Source: Octopus sinensis
Taxonomy: Eukaryota
NCBI RefSeq assembly: GCF_006345805.1
Contig: NW_021835141.1
Coordinates: forward strand, 1 to 64,000
Reading direction: 5' to 3'
Length of the DNA: 64,000 nt
Below the pieces are notes generated by a model. That model was not told the DNA's origin, searched no databases, and saw only the letters and a list, made by a program, of their open reading frames with translations. The position numbers and the translations under genes are program-made. Below are positions 22,950 to 46,289 of this stretch, in pieces. The first letter of the stretch is position 1, and each line of letters begins with the position of its first letter.

Positions 22950-24085
22950 ATACATTATAACATGTTTCAGTTCCTGAAATGAACCTTATCAAAAAAAGTT
23001 ATATATAATAAAAGACAGCTCATGCCGTCAAACAAGAAATTCATTTACAATACTCAACGGAGTCAGACATCTTAAAGTTCAGATATAGTTTGAAGTAAGT
23101 TCATTCATGCTATATGTTCAAAGTGTTCGATGCAGTGGCCCGCGGTGGCGATACGTATTCAATACAAAAAACAGATCAAAGTGGTGGAAAGCAGTCAATA
23201 CAGAGGATTGATGTTCCCGAAAGAGCGAGGAATTCATTTTTACCTTGAGCAATTGTGATGACTCATGGTGGTTGTTCGCTGGGTTATTCTGGTGAGTTTT
23301 GTGGATTGTTCGGGTTTTATAATGCCTGTCAGGTGGTCAGTCCAGCGTAGCGTGACGTCATCAACGTTTTGACCAATCGTTTCGTTAGGTGGCTTTAGTC
23401 AAGCAGAACGGTACGTCATCAACATTCTGACCAATCGTGACCTATCGCTGTATTATAACTGCCTCTTGTTTGTTTCCTGTTTTGACCAGTCGTTTCGTTA
23501 GGTGGCTTAGTCAAGCAGAACGGGACGTCATCAAGATTCTGCCCAATCACGACTTATAGCTGCATTAGATCTGCCCCCGTCTGTATTTTGTTAGGTGACT
23601 AGTCAAGCAGAAAGGTACGTCATCAACATTCTGACTAATCTCTGCCCCCTGTTTGTATCCTGTCCATTCTAGCAGAACTAGACGTCATCAACGTGTTGAC
23701 AATCAGAATCGGGTCTGACCCTTAGCTGTATCGTATGTGGTCAGTCCATCAGGGTCAGATTTGCACGAAAGAATTTTTTTCCTTTTTTACTAAGGCATAT
23801 TTCCGTCAGTGCGAGTGACTGTTTAAGGTAGCGGCCGTGGTGGAATTTTGCTTCTCCTTTTCGGAGGACTTATCTTTTGTTTTAATATTCCTGGCCCAGG
23901 GTGTTTAAACTTGGTCTAAATTTTTTTATGAAATACAGTTCTTTATTTTGACGTTGTGTGAAGGTTGCGTTGTCACTGAATTTATAGAGCGGGTTTGTTG
24001 TAAATTTCGGATTTACATTTCCAGCACATCTATCTATGTGTCCGCTGACCGGTATTTTGCGGTAATCAGGGTTTCTAATTATATA
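22950..24085 (-). mobile_element. Penelope-like element 3' fragments (GIY-YIG C-termini, repeat-containing UTR, degenerate hammerhead)
   Basis: PVSGH...RQNKELYFIKKFRPSLN (23882-24085); I*TLRCLTP..N-like remnant at ~23050-23100; TTGATAAG-GTTC..GAAC-TGAAACATGT at 22960-22992. Confidence 0.6.
23340..23710. repeat. Minisatellite of ACGTCATCAAC..TGACCAATC cassettes
   Basis: Five cassettes at ~23352, 23413, 23525, 23617 and 23682, each with ACGTCA followed by a CCAAT-like motif. Confidence 0.85.
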
Positions 24086-24099
24086 TATATATATATATA

Positions 24100-27000
24100 T
24101 AACGGGAAGGTTTACGAAAATAAACAACAGACGAAGGCAGGTTTACGAAAATAAACAAAAGACGAAGGCAGATGTTTCGAGCCTACGCTCTTCGACAGAA
24201 AGATACACAGAAAAGAAACAAGGAGAGAAAAATTGCGTTTAGGAGCTTACGATCCAGCATGGCGTTCTGATTTCAGGCAGAAGTCAGAGGTCAGAGGTCA
24301 GACGTCAGAATGTCAGACGCTAGACGCTAGAGGGATAGTAGGAGAGGTAACAGTGTCAAGTGACGTCGCCCCCACATGAAGGTGCGTGTGTGTATAAGAG
24401 AGTTTGTATGTGCGTGTGAAAGAGGGCTGGTGGTCTGGACGTGTGTATGTATGTATGATGTGATGTGTAATGTCGTATGGTGTAATGTAGTGTGGTGTGA
24501 TGTTGTGGGGAGGTGGGGGCGAGAGTGAGGAAAGCCCATGTGGGGTAGAGTGGGGGTTGTAGGGAGAGTGAGAGGGGGACTGAAGAGAGAGGCGGGGAGG
24601 AGGGTGAGGGGAGAGAGGAGATGATGGGGAGAGGGAAGGAGGAGGGAGGGAGTGGAGAAGGAAGGAGAGGAGGAGAAGGAGGGGATGGGAAAGGAGGGGA
24701 GAGGGAGAGGAGGAGAAGGAGGGGAGAGGCGGAGAGGGGTGGGAAAGGGGGGAGAGGGAGAGGAGGGGATTGAGGGAGCAGAGAGAAAGAGAGAAGGGAA
24801 GAGGGAAGAAAAAGAAGAGGAAAGAAGGGAAGAGGAGGGAAACAGAGTATGGGTGAAAAGATGAAGGACTGAAGAGAAGTAGGAGTCGGGGGGATGTTAG
24901 ATGAAAAAGGGGGGAGTGTTGACACCAAATGGCGTAAATGAGCGAAGAGAGAAGATTAATCCCTGTTCACGGCGCAAGCGGGAATCCGGATGGCCTCTGT
25001 GCAAGGACAATCCGACCACAGACAGGTGTTGCAAGGAGTGACCGGTGGAGCGGAAATGGCGTGAGACCGGTGTGTCATTGGCAAGGCGGATGTCACGGAG
25101 GTGTTCCGCGACCCGGTCAACCAAACGGCGTCCCGTTTGTCCGATGTACAGGGAATGGCAGAGAGAGCAAGAGATGCAATAGATGATATTGCTGGAGGTG
25201 CAGTTGAAGGAGTCGATGATGCGATAGGGCCGATGATGGGTGCCAGTGAGGAGAGTGGTGTTGGAGAGGTAAGGGCAAGTGCGGCAACGTGGGCGGGAGC
25301 AGGGGAACGAGCCAGGTTGGGAGGTAGGGTCAGGGAAGAAGCTGTGGACCAAGAGGTCTCGTAGGTTATGGGCTCGTTTGAAGGAGAGGAAGTGTCGGTT
25401 TGGGAAGAGGTGTGAAGTGGACGGGTCGGACTGGAGATGCCGGAAAGCTCGAAAAATTGTACGTTGGAGAGGTAGGGTGGTGGGGTGGTAAGTGAGGGGA
25501 AAAGGGAGGCGGGATACTGCAGGGCGGGTTCGTGGGGAGAGAGCAGATGCACGGTCTACGGAACGTGCTCTGGCAAGGGCTGTGTGGATAGTGGGGAGGG
25601 GGTATCCACGTAGGATGAAGTGGTGAGCCGTGAGTTGAGACTGAGTCTCAAAGTCATGGTCGTCACTACAGAGCCTACGTAGACGGAGGAATTGGGAATA
25701 GGGGAGGGAAAGCTTGGTGTGTTTGCGGTGGGAGGAAGAGAAGTTTAGGTATGAGTGTGAGTTTGTGTATTTGTAGTGAATGGAGGTGGTTAGAGTGGAG
25801 TGAGGAATGCTGACCGAAATGTCGAGGAAGGAGACGAGGTGTAGGAGATAGTGGATTGAACGAAAGAGAGGAAGGAATCTAGATGTTCACGGGAGAGTGA
25901 GGTGACGCCGATAATATCGTCAATGTAACGACCTTATAGTTCGGGAGTGGGACCAGTGAAACTAGAGAATATTTGAGCTTCAACATAGCCAACGAACCGG
26001 TTCGCATAGTTGGGGCCCATTCGCGTTCCCATGGCCACTCCTGGTTGTTGGTAGAACTCGCCCGCGAACGAGAAGCAGTTAAGAGAACGGACAAGTTCGG
26101 CCAGACGAATGAGTGTGAAGGTGTCGGGTTCGGGGTTGGGGCGGAGATCGAGAAAGTGTTGAAGTACCCGCAGTCCTTCGTGGTGAGGGATGACGGTATA
26201 GAGGCTCTGGATGTCCATTGTAAAAAGGATTTTGGAGGAGCCAGGAGGAAAGGAGAAAGCGTTGAAAAGCCGGAGAGCATGGTTGGTGTCGTGGATATGG
26301 GAGGGAAGAGACGCCACTAGGGGGGCAAGGACACGGTCGAGGTATTTTGAGGTGAGCTCCGTGGGGCAGTTACAGGCGGAGACGATGAGGCGGCCAGGGT
26401 TGTTGGGTTTGTGGATTTGGGGGAGGAAGTAAAAGGTGGGGGTGCGTGGGGTTCGGACAATGAGATTGGATGCGGTGTGGGGGAGACGGGAGGACGAGAT
26501 GAGGTCGTGGACAGTAGAGGATGCCGTCTGTTGGTAGCGAAGCGTGGGGTCAGAGGACAGAGGGGAGTAGAAGCAGGTGTCATTGAGTTGGCGGAGCGCC
26601 TCGGCCCTGTAGAGGTCCGCACGCCACACCACCACAGCTCCACCCTTGTCAGCCGGTTTGATGACAATGTCAGCGCGCGTTGGAAGGAACGCCTGGAGAA
26701 GTTGAACCGCTCCAACGCACGCTGACAGGCACCCGCGAAAAGATCCACTGCTAGGAACTGGCCGAGGGCAGGCGTCCACAGGGATGGTCGGCGACTAAGG
26801 GCAGTGAAGCAGTCCTCATCGTTGGATGCGGGTGGTATGTCGCGGAAAAACGCACCCAACCGGACGCGGCGCACAAAGCTGTGGACATCAGCACGCGTCT
26901 GGAATTCCTTACAGGATGGAGTGAGGGGAATGAAACGCAGACCCCTACTGAGGACAGAGCGTTCCGCCGCAGAGAGGGGAAGATCAGGGGGAATGGTAAC

Positions 27001-27540
27001 AACAGACGGAAGGGGTGGATCGAATAGAAGTAGGAGGGGTGGATGGAATAGGAGTAGGAGGGGTGGATGGAATAGGAGTAGGAGGGGTGGTAGGGCTGGT
27101 GGAAGTCTGATGGGGAGGGAGTGGGGAGGTGTGTGTGGGTTGTTAGGAGTGACAGTGGGGTTAGGTGTGGGTGGGTGGAGTCTATCAGGAGGGGAGAAGA
27201 GTAGTGGAGGAGTTGGGGTTGTGGCGTCGGATGTGATGGAATAGAGGAGGGATTGGAGTTTTCGAAGTTTTGTATTGGAAAGAAATTGATGGAAGAGGTG
27301 ATTTAAATGGATAATGAAGCGCAACGTGTTTTGATCATGGAAAGTCGGCAGAGAGGAGAAAAAGATGAAAAAAGCAGGAGGGTGAAGGCAGTCGATGGTA
27401 TGTTGTTTAGAGAGATTGGAGCGAAGACCCGCTCTACGCGCGGGTAAGAGTGTGGTTGTTTCTTTCTGTTGCTTCCATTCAACACGAAAAGAGCACCATC
27501 CGAACGTGGCCGATAGCAGCGCCGCCTTGACTGGCTTCTG
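24100..27540 (-). mobile_element. Penelope-like retroelement (RT plus GIY-YIG; Cys-rich linker suggests Neptune type), disrupted
   Basis: IKPADKGGAVVVW, LFTMDIQSLYT, GVAMGTRMGP, YIDD (25916-25927), CSRPRCRTC linker, IYCISC..YIGQTGRRL..R..EH; stop at 25934 and several frameshifts; hammerhead-like CTGTCGA-AGAGC-GTAG-GCTC-GAAAC at 24174-24198. Confidence 0.92.
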
Positions 27541-27564
27541 TGCCGGTGGCACGTAAAAAGTACC

Positions 27565-27787
27565 AACCGATCATGGTCGCTGCCAGCCCCCCTGGCACCA
27601 GTGCCGGCGGCACGAAAAAGCACCCACTACACTCACAGAGTGGTTGGCGTTAGGAAGGGCATTCAGCCGTAGAAACACTGCCAGATCAGACTGGAGCCTG
27701 GTGCAGCCTCCTGGCTTCCCAGACCCCGGTCAAACTGTCCAACCCGTGCTAGCACGGAAAACGGACGTTAAACGATGATGATGATGA
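27565..27787 (+). mobile_element. SINE/LINE-tail repeat ending in (GAT)n
   Basis: GTGCCGG(T/C)GGCACG(T/A)AAAAG..CACCCACTACACTC..GGAGTGGTTGGCGTTAGGAAGGGCAT...GGACGTTAAACGATGATGATG. Confidence 0.6.
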
Positions 27788-27884
27788 TTCTCCCTCTTTG
27801 TTTCTCTCTCCTTTCTCTCTCACTTTCCCACTCTCTTACTTTTCTTTTCTCTCGGACTCTCCCTCGCTTTCTCTTACTCTCTAT

Positions 27885-28204
27885 CTTTATCTATCTCTCT
27901 CCCATTTATAAACAACAAAAGATTTTGAGTAAGTTGAGAAATAAAATATTTTGAAAGATCAATCATAAATATCAGGCAGTAACAAGGGAAAGGTCTGCTT
28001 CAAGGCAGACAGCAAAACACTAACATTTAAATGGGACAGACGAACTTTATCTATCTCTCTCCCATTTATAAACAACAAAAGATCTTGAGTAAGTTGAGAA
28101 ATAAAATATTTTGAAAGATCAATCATAAATATCAGGCAGTAACAAGGGAAAGGTCTGCTTCAAGACAGACAGCAAAACACTAACATTTAAATGGGACAGA
28201 CGAA
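27885..28204. repeat. 160 bp direct tandem duplication
   Basis: CTTTATCTATCTCTCTCCC...GGGACAGACGAA at 27885 and 28045, two mismatches seen. Confidence 0.95.
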
Positions 28205-28619
28205 CTTGCGAGCTGAATAAAAATAATAAAATATTGGAAACCAAAGTTTGAAGGGATATAATCTGAGGATAATAGAGTCACCATCGCTGGCATTTCTGAA
28301 CGACGGACAGCAACGTAGTGGCAGTTTAACGGCTGGCGTAAAATTTTGAACTTGATGTAAAATAAAATTCCTAAACACCAAGTTTTGAAGTGATTCTTTC
28401 TCACGACAGTAGACTCACGATGGCAAGCATTCAAAACTTCTTCATCATGGACGTCTTCTTCCTCTCCGCCAACTCGAAGTAAGACAAGTTGAATATGAAA
28501 TAAGATAAGCATTGTTTCAAAGCAGACCCTGAAAAGGAACTTTCAACATTCAGATTACAATGGTAAAGGAAAATTATGAGCTTACGCATGATTTCCGTGT
28601 GTGTGTGTATGATGTGAGT

Positions 28620-29160
28620 GTTCTGTGCATAGAGTTTCATTTTGTCATAATTTGTGGAGAGGTGGAAAGGTTGTGATTTAGATTTAGGTTGGGAGGACCA
28701 ATACTTATTTCGACTGTCTTTTGAAGGATTGATTGTGTAGTTTCCACATTCTCAGAAGTCTTTAAACGAACATTTTGCGTTATTTCTAAAAGAGATGATA
28801 AATGCGTTTTATAGTTTATGAGGTAAGAATGGAACGGAAAGCTTTTCTGATTAATAACGGCAAATAAAATGGTTTGTGTAGAAGTAACTGGTTGTTGTTG
28901 TTGAAGCGATCATGTGTTTTCTGTGCTAAATAATGTGGTGGTTCATGGTCCTTTTCAGAATCCGAGGTGTAATTTCAAAAGCAAGATGTCTGAGATAGTA
29001 GCGTCAAGTATTAGATTTTCTAAGGCTGTGAAAAAGAAGCTGATATATTTCTATGCTGGTACTATATTTAGGGTTTTCTGAATAATGAGACACAAGATAA
29101 AATACTGTTAACCGAAATAGCATTTTATTTTAACATTAATTTGATAAATTGAAATCTTAC
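28620..29160 (-). mobile_element. Old Penelope-like relic downstream of exon 4 (unit A)
   Basis: WKLHNQSFKKTVEISIG..LNL resembles the PLE W.NPPFS..V.T.IG..FL.L segment. Confidence 0.55.
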
Positions 29161-29376
29161 AAAAGGTTTTACTAGAAATGTTCCGAAAGATTTAAATTTT
29201 TTTTCAGGATATTTCTGGCTTTCTACGTCGCCTCTTTTGTATGGTTTTCAATATCATCTGATATACCAGTTTCTTTTAACGATAGACATACTTGAAAGAA
29301 AATATTAGGTAAAAATTCATATCATTTCTTGTAATTCACAGACATATTTTCATATGGAACCGAATTTAATTTTTAT

Positions 29377-40302
<10,926 letters not shown>

Positions 40303-40729
40303 TCTGGTGACAGTTGTCGGTCGTACGTGATACTTCGTGTGGCTTCAACAAAAGATCGAGATGCGAGGTTTAAGCTGAAGACCTGTAACTGAATTCCACG
40401 TATTTATTGAGCGCACAACAACCCAGCTCTGGCATAGATCTTATCGTAAATTTAAAAACCAATGCGATTGGTGGAACTGTAAAAGCGGGTGTGAACTTGT
40501 CTGACAGGTTTAATTATTGGAAAGAGATGGTTTGATATAGTCACACAATAATTAGCAAAATATTTTGATGAATGAGAGACACGTGTAAAGTGAAATGATT
40601 CCTGTTTCTGGATATATTACGATATATTTATTTACTACTGTTGTTATTTAATTTTATTTGTTATTCTTGGGAAACTGTTTTAATATTCAGTGTGGGAAGT
40701 ATTTCGTTCAACAGACGAATACACAGACA

Positions 40730-41148
40730 CAAAGGCACACACACACACACACACTGAGAAACACAAACACACACTGAGAAACATACACACACTGACACAC
40801 ACACACACACCGATACACACACACACAAATACAAACAAACATACACACTGACACACACACACACACACACTAACACAAACACTGACATACACACACACAC
40901 ACTGACACACTCACTGACATATACACACACACACACTGACACACATACACACACTGACATACACGCAAACACACACACGCTGACACACACACACACACTG
41001 ACATACACACACACACACACTGACACACACACATACACACTCACACACACACACACACACACATACACTGACATACTCAAACACACATACACACTGAAAC
41101 ACACACACATATTCACACACACACATTCACACACACACATACCCACTG

Positions 41149-41184
<36 letters not shown>

Positions 41185-41517
41185 ACACACACACACACAC
41201 ACTGACATACACACACACACGCACACACACGCTGACACACATACACACACTGACGTACACAAACACACACACACTGACACACACACACTCACACACACAC
41301 ACACACACACATACACTGACATACTCAAACACACATACACACTGAAACACACACACATACACACACACACACATTCACACACACACACATACACTGACAC
41401 ACACACACACACATACACACTGATATACACACACACACACTGACACACACACTCACACACACTGACCCACACACCGTGACTCACACACACTGACACACAC
41501 ACTGACACACACACGCT

Positions 41518-41559
<42 letters not shown>

Positions 41560-41570
41560 TACACACAAAT
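40730..41570. repeat. (CA)n/(CACTGA) compound microsatellite
   Basis: Visible; paralogous shorter array at 58010-58320. Confidence 0.95.
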
Positions 41571-43246
41571 ATGCGGGAAAATGCGGGCACGTACGAGCGA
41601 CCGCAGTTACTGTTGGGGCACAAGGTTGAAGTCAACTCCTCTAGCGAAGAATTTATCAAAGAGAAATACCGAAGGGAGGTAACTCACGACAGACTCCAGC
41701 CTGGCGCTCTAATGGCGTCACTTACTCGTTGTTGTTGACTATGTTTAAGTTAAAGCTATGGCTTTAAGTTTTGTCCAGATATTCCCTCTCGGTATTTTCT
41801 TTTGATAACGGCTGAACTGGAACCCGATAGGGAGCAGCACTGGACTGATATGCTGTTTTTGCAGCTTTTTGCACTGAATTGCGTTTAGAGTTTGAAATAT
41901 GCCGTTAGCACATTTTAACGAACCTAAAAATTGCTTATGCTTATGCCTAATACTGAGCGCTAATACTGTCTGGAAACGCCATGTTGAATGTTTCCATATA
42001 TTCATTTGTCAATTTGCATTCGTGCTTTCATATTACTTAATTATTATTCTTTTTCTCTAGCTTTTTCACAATCGAGCATTCTTATGGCACGCAATTAATC
42101 GCACAAAAAACGTGCTGCCACCCACAATCCCTCTTTTCACAGATACCTTCGTTTATCTGGCAGCCATTCTACAAACTCCCACATACAAGGAGCAATCATG
42201 CTGGGTAGAGTGTGAAAGACTCAACATGTTGCACTGATTCCACCTAATGTATATTTTATAAGTGCTGTTCCTTTCCTTACTAAGTCGTTTATGTGTGTTA
42301 CAGTTATTGTATGCATGTATCTCGAAGCAAGTTCCTCTTCTGCGAGTTTGATAGTTTTATTTTACAGACGGAGATAATTTGGTGAACTTGATGTTTTGTG
42401 GTGTTGCTGTAGATTCGGTTGATGCTGTTCCTGAAGTCTACTCATATTTCTTGGTGGTTTCATATTTTATTTTGGCACATCAGATTTCAGGGAACGATGA
42501 GAGGCTGCGTGTGTAATGTGATGCAAGGCTGTGTGTGTGTGTTTTTTGAAGAAAAGCGGGAATATGTGAATGTAGGTTGAAAATAGTTCATCGTGGGACG
42601 TGTACTTGTACCCTTGTCGAAACTGTTTCGTGAACGCTTCAATGTGTTAGTAACCTGACAATTAGTTAGGTAGTCAACATTTTGTGGTATTTCTTCAGTG
42701 GATATCAAATATCCTTTATTTGGTAATATCCGCGATTGGATTGCAGAGCTTTCATCGCATCAATTGTAGTTACAATGATTCGTATGGGAGTATTTTTCTT
42801 ATTAAACCATCATGATTTAGTGATGTTAGTTATAAGCTTTAATCGTGTTTTCTGAAGATTGATCATGAAAGGGTGATATATTTGTACGGAGGTGTTTCTT
42901 TTGGGGATTGTTTTCATTTTAAGACGGAATACAACACACATTTAAACGAATCATAATTTTATTTCAACGTTTAAATTTGATAAACTGAACCTCATACAAT
43001 GTATTCTTGAATCATTCCCCGAGGATTACATCGTTCTGTTAAGCTATTTGTCACATTCTATGACGTCTCTGTTGTTTCGTTTTGAATATTTTCTGAAAAC
43101 TTGTAGCAGCAATTTATTTAACGACATATATTAGTTGGATAAAATATTGCGAAACACAATTAGAAGAAACGTATATGTTGCTTTATTATATTATATTTTA
43201 TAATTCGCCGACATAAATTTCATATAGAAACGAATGTAAATTCTAT

Positions 43247-43746
43247 TCAATATTTACTGCACACAACGCAGGTTAATTCTCGACCATTGACATACGGTGG
43301 ACATGGCAATGAACCACAAGCAGCTGAACGAATTATAATAGCGCTCCATTTTCGTTTCTGTAACCTGCTGGATCAGCTTCTGGTGCGTAGTCCACACACA
43401 CATACTCATGTCTGCCCTTATGCTTATAATACTCGGTCATCAAATATCCCGAATACTCAGCTGTCCAACCAGGGTAACACTTTGTCCTGGCTGGTAACAT
43501 CATAACAACAGCAGGTTGTCGTGTCAAACAGACAGCGCACGGAACGTTGTGCTCATGAATTGATTCAGCGTTAGCAAAAGAAAAGAGTTTATTAGTTGGG
43601 TATAAATCTAATTGATATTCACTGCCATAAATGTAACCACTTTTTTTTATCTCCTGTCGTATAATTGGCCCAAATGGGATCGTTGGGTAGACACAAGAGA
43701 TTACTTCCGCCACCTGAGTGGTCATAATATTGTCCACCAACCACTC
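43247..43746 (-). pseudogene. Exon 4 of gene B, disrupted as assembled
   Basis: Intact acceptor; +1 in the T-run at ~43631, premature TAA at ~43333 (Y->stop) and a 1 nt deletion at ~43324. Confidence 0.85.
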
Positions 43747-44126
43747 CTAGAATTGGTAAGAATAAATCAAGTAAAAAACATATTAAGCAAAATTATATAT
43801 GAAATACCGGAAGCATTCATTACAATTTTTCACTTAAGAAGTCATGTTTAGTCGCGTGTGAACGAAATGTGAATGTGGTGTGTGTGTGTTAGTGTTTATG
43901 TGAGTGTAAGCTGGTGTGTTGCTGAATGCTTCAGATCGTAGCTGTGCATTTTGCCTTCTCATCATATGCAGCACGGATTTTTGCCAGTGAACAGGTCGCG
44001 GATTTTAGTGACGAAAATATTTTGACAACTAAACTAAAATGTTGAAGTGAATCGAACGGCTTTTGGGTGTTTCTTAAATGGCTTACAAACACCTTCCACG
44101 CTGCAATTGTTATATATAATATATAT

Positions 44127-44184
<58 letters not shown>

Positions 44185-45149
44185 TTGTGTTTACGGGTAA
44201 GTATTTGTGGTTGCCACGGGATTATTATGTATGTTTGCATGGGGTAGGTGTTTTCGGTGGATGTCAATAGATGGAGATATTTTATAACGCATGCACTCGT
44301 GTTTATCCGAAATTAAAAAGATGTTCACGTGTGAACGGGGATTTTTGGTGGTGGTGGAATTGTAGGAGGTTTGAGTAGACAATACGGGAGACGACGAGAT
44401 GCAGAGAAGTGGTGGGTAACGTCGATGAAATGTTGTTTAGTCGATCATACGAGAGTCAGTGGCTAAACCTCTCGTTTAGACTCGGACGAATCAGGCTTAC
44501 ACAGACGTTATGATCACACAGACTTTTTTTCATGCAATACACAGAACGAGGTGGGAGGAAAAATTGTGAGGTTCAGTGATGGCGTAGTGCTTAAGATGAA
44601 TGGACGGCGGAGTGGGCGACCGATAAAGGATACGTGTAGGTTTATATAGAGAGCAGATTCAGAGCATTTTTAGGAAATGTGAGGTGATTGGGGAAACCGT
44701 TGGAAGCAGCAGTTTTGAATTGCAAGTTCGAAATTACCTTACAAAGATATCCTGGATAATTAATGAGGTGATGTGGTGCATGAAAACAGCAAGGTTTTAG
44801 CGATAAGACGATTTCGGTGAGGCGAGAAGAAGAATAGAAGTGCATTCTGTACTCTGTTTTGATCTCTCACTAATATTTAGACTCTCTATATTTTACTTAA
44901 TGAATAAAGTCCTTAGCTTTTTCCATCAGTTACAGTGTGTGGCTTGTCCAGTCCTCATTCTACATTGTGCGTTCATTTCATTAACCATTTATTGTCACTG
45001 TCATCAATTCTAATAGACTCTATTCAATTTAGCGCACACCGACCATCACTGGGCACTCTAGTTAATGATATTCAAGTGACCACTTTTCAGCTCTGGTCAC
45101 TCACGTACAATACCACCATCCGTAGCCAGTACACTTGATCACCAGTTAG

Positions 45150-45410
45150 CAGCCTCGGGAGCTTGCAGAAACGTTAGCACGCCGGGCTTAGCGGTATTTC
45201 GTCTGTCTTTACGTTCTGAGTTCAAATTCGCCGAGGTCGACTTCGCCTTCATCCTTTCGGGGTCGATAAATTAAGTACCAGTTACGCACTGGGGTCGATG
45301 TAATCGACTTAATCCGTTCGTCTGTCCTTGTTTGTCCTCTCTGTGTTTAGCCCCTTGTAGGTAGTAAAGAAATAGGTATTTGATATCTACAATCGAAAGC
45401 TGGTCAGCCT
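45150..45410 (+). mobile_element. SINE (family 5) inserted in intron 3 of gene B
   Basis: CGTTCTGAGTTCAAATTCGCCGAGGTCGACTT..CATCCTTTCGGGGTCGATAAATTAAGTACCAG; absent from the paralogous position ~31045. Confidence 0.65.
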
Positions 45411-45766
45411 GAAATTCTTGATCGCCATGGTGGTTTTCAGTTTAGTCCATCTTTGTAATTAACGGAGAGATATCTATATTCTGTAGTTAGACAACATCCT
45501 TTTCACTTGGTCTTTAGTACACAACATATAATATTCTGATTTGGCCAAATACCTACAAAGGAGTAAGCAGACTCGTGCAGTCTCTATAGGGTCTCTAGGT
45601 ATCGTTTCAAATCTGAACTGTTACATGATTGCTTGAGTGTGTGTGCGTGTGCGTGAGAGAGAGGGGAGAGAGAGGAACGACACAAAGAGAAAATGAGAGG
45701 AATAAAAAGAGAAGAAGAGAAAGAGAAACAGAGAAGAGAGAGGATAGAAGTATAGTTTACACTAAC

Positions 45767-45841
45767 CGTCATATACAAGGCTTGAATTAGGAGGACAACT
45801 TGTTCTGCCCCACCGGGTATACAATGATCCGAGACCGGGTT
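45767..45841 (-). CDS. Exon 3 of gene B: PGLGSLYTRWGRTSCPPNSSLVYD
   Basis: tttcacAG / GTTAGT, 75 nt, one substitution versus 31417-31491. Confidence 0.85.
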
Positions 45842-46289
45842 CTGTGAAATTAAAATGAAACAATTTAGTTTAAAAGAAAGAATTTTTGAATCCTATACAA
45901 AGGAAGTTGTTGGCTGGAAGGAATTGATAGAGAGGAGAGAAATTTAGAATTTAAGAGAAAAAGAATGAGTGAATGAATGAAAATCAGAATGAAAGAAGTA
46001 AATGATTCGCTAAGAATAAATTTTAAGAACGAAGAAAATTAGTCTTTTGTCTATTGAGCCTGTTGTTGACGTGATGTCAACGAATTGAGAGATTAATCTC
46101 AGAATATGAGAATGTGTATTTGTCTCCCTTAAGAACGGATGTTTGTTTTGTAGTTGAACTTGGATGTGAGTATATATATTTGTGACCATAATAATAATAA
46201 AGTTCTTCTTTTATAGATATGTGGGCCATATTATCAATTCTTGGCACCTGATTGGTCAATTAACAATATCAGCTTCGTATTTGGCGCGA

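Noticed and set aside
23822-23833. TTAAGGTAGC, identical to the R2 target core
   Set aside because: Only 10 bp with no flanking 28S similarity; compatible with chance.
28180-28610. Segment shared with 13310-13440 giving MRKLII… ORFs
   Set aside because: Stops in the other frames, no splice or domain evidence; probably an unclassified repeat fragment.
41745-42005. 86 aa minus-strand ORF in non-repetitive sequence
   Set aside because: No recognisable motif, splice context or paralog in the other units.
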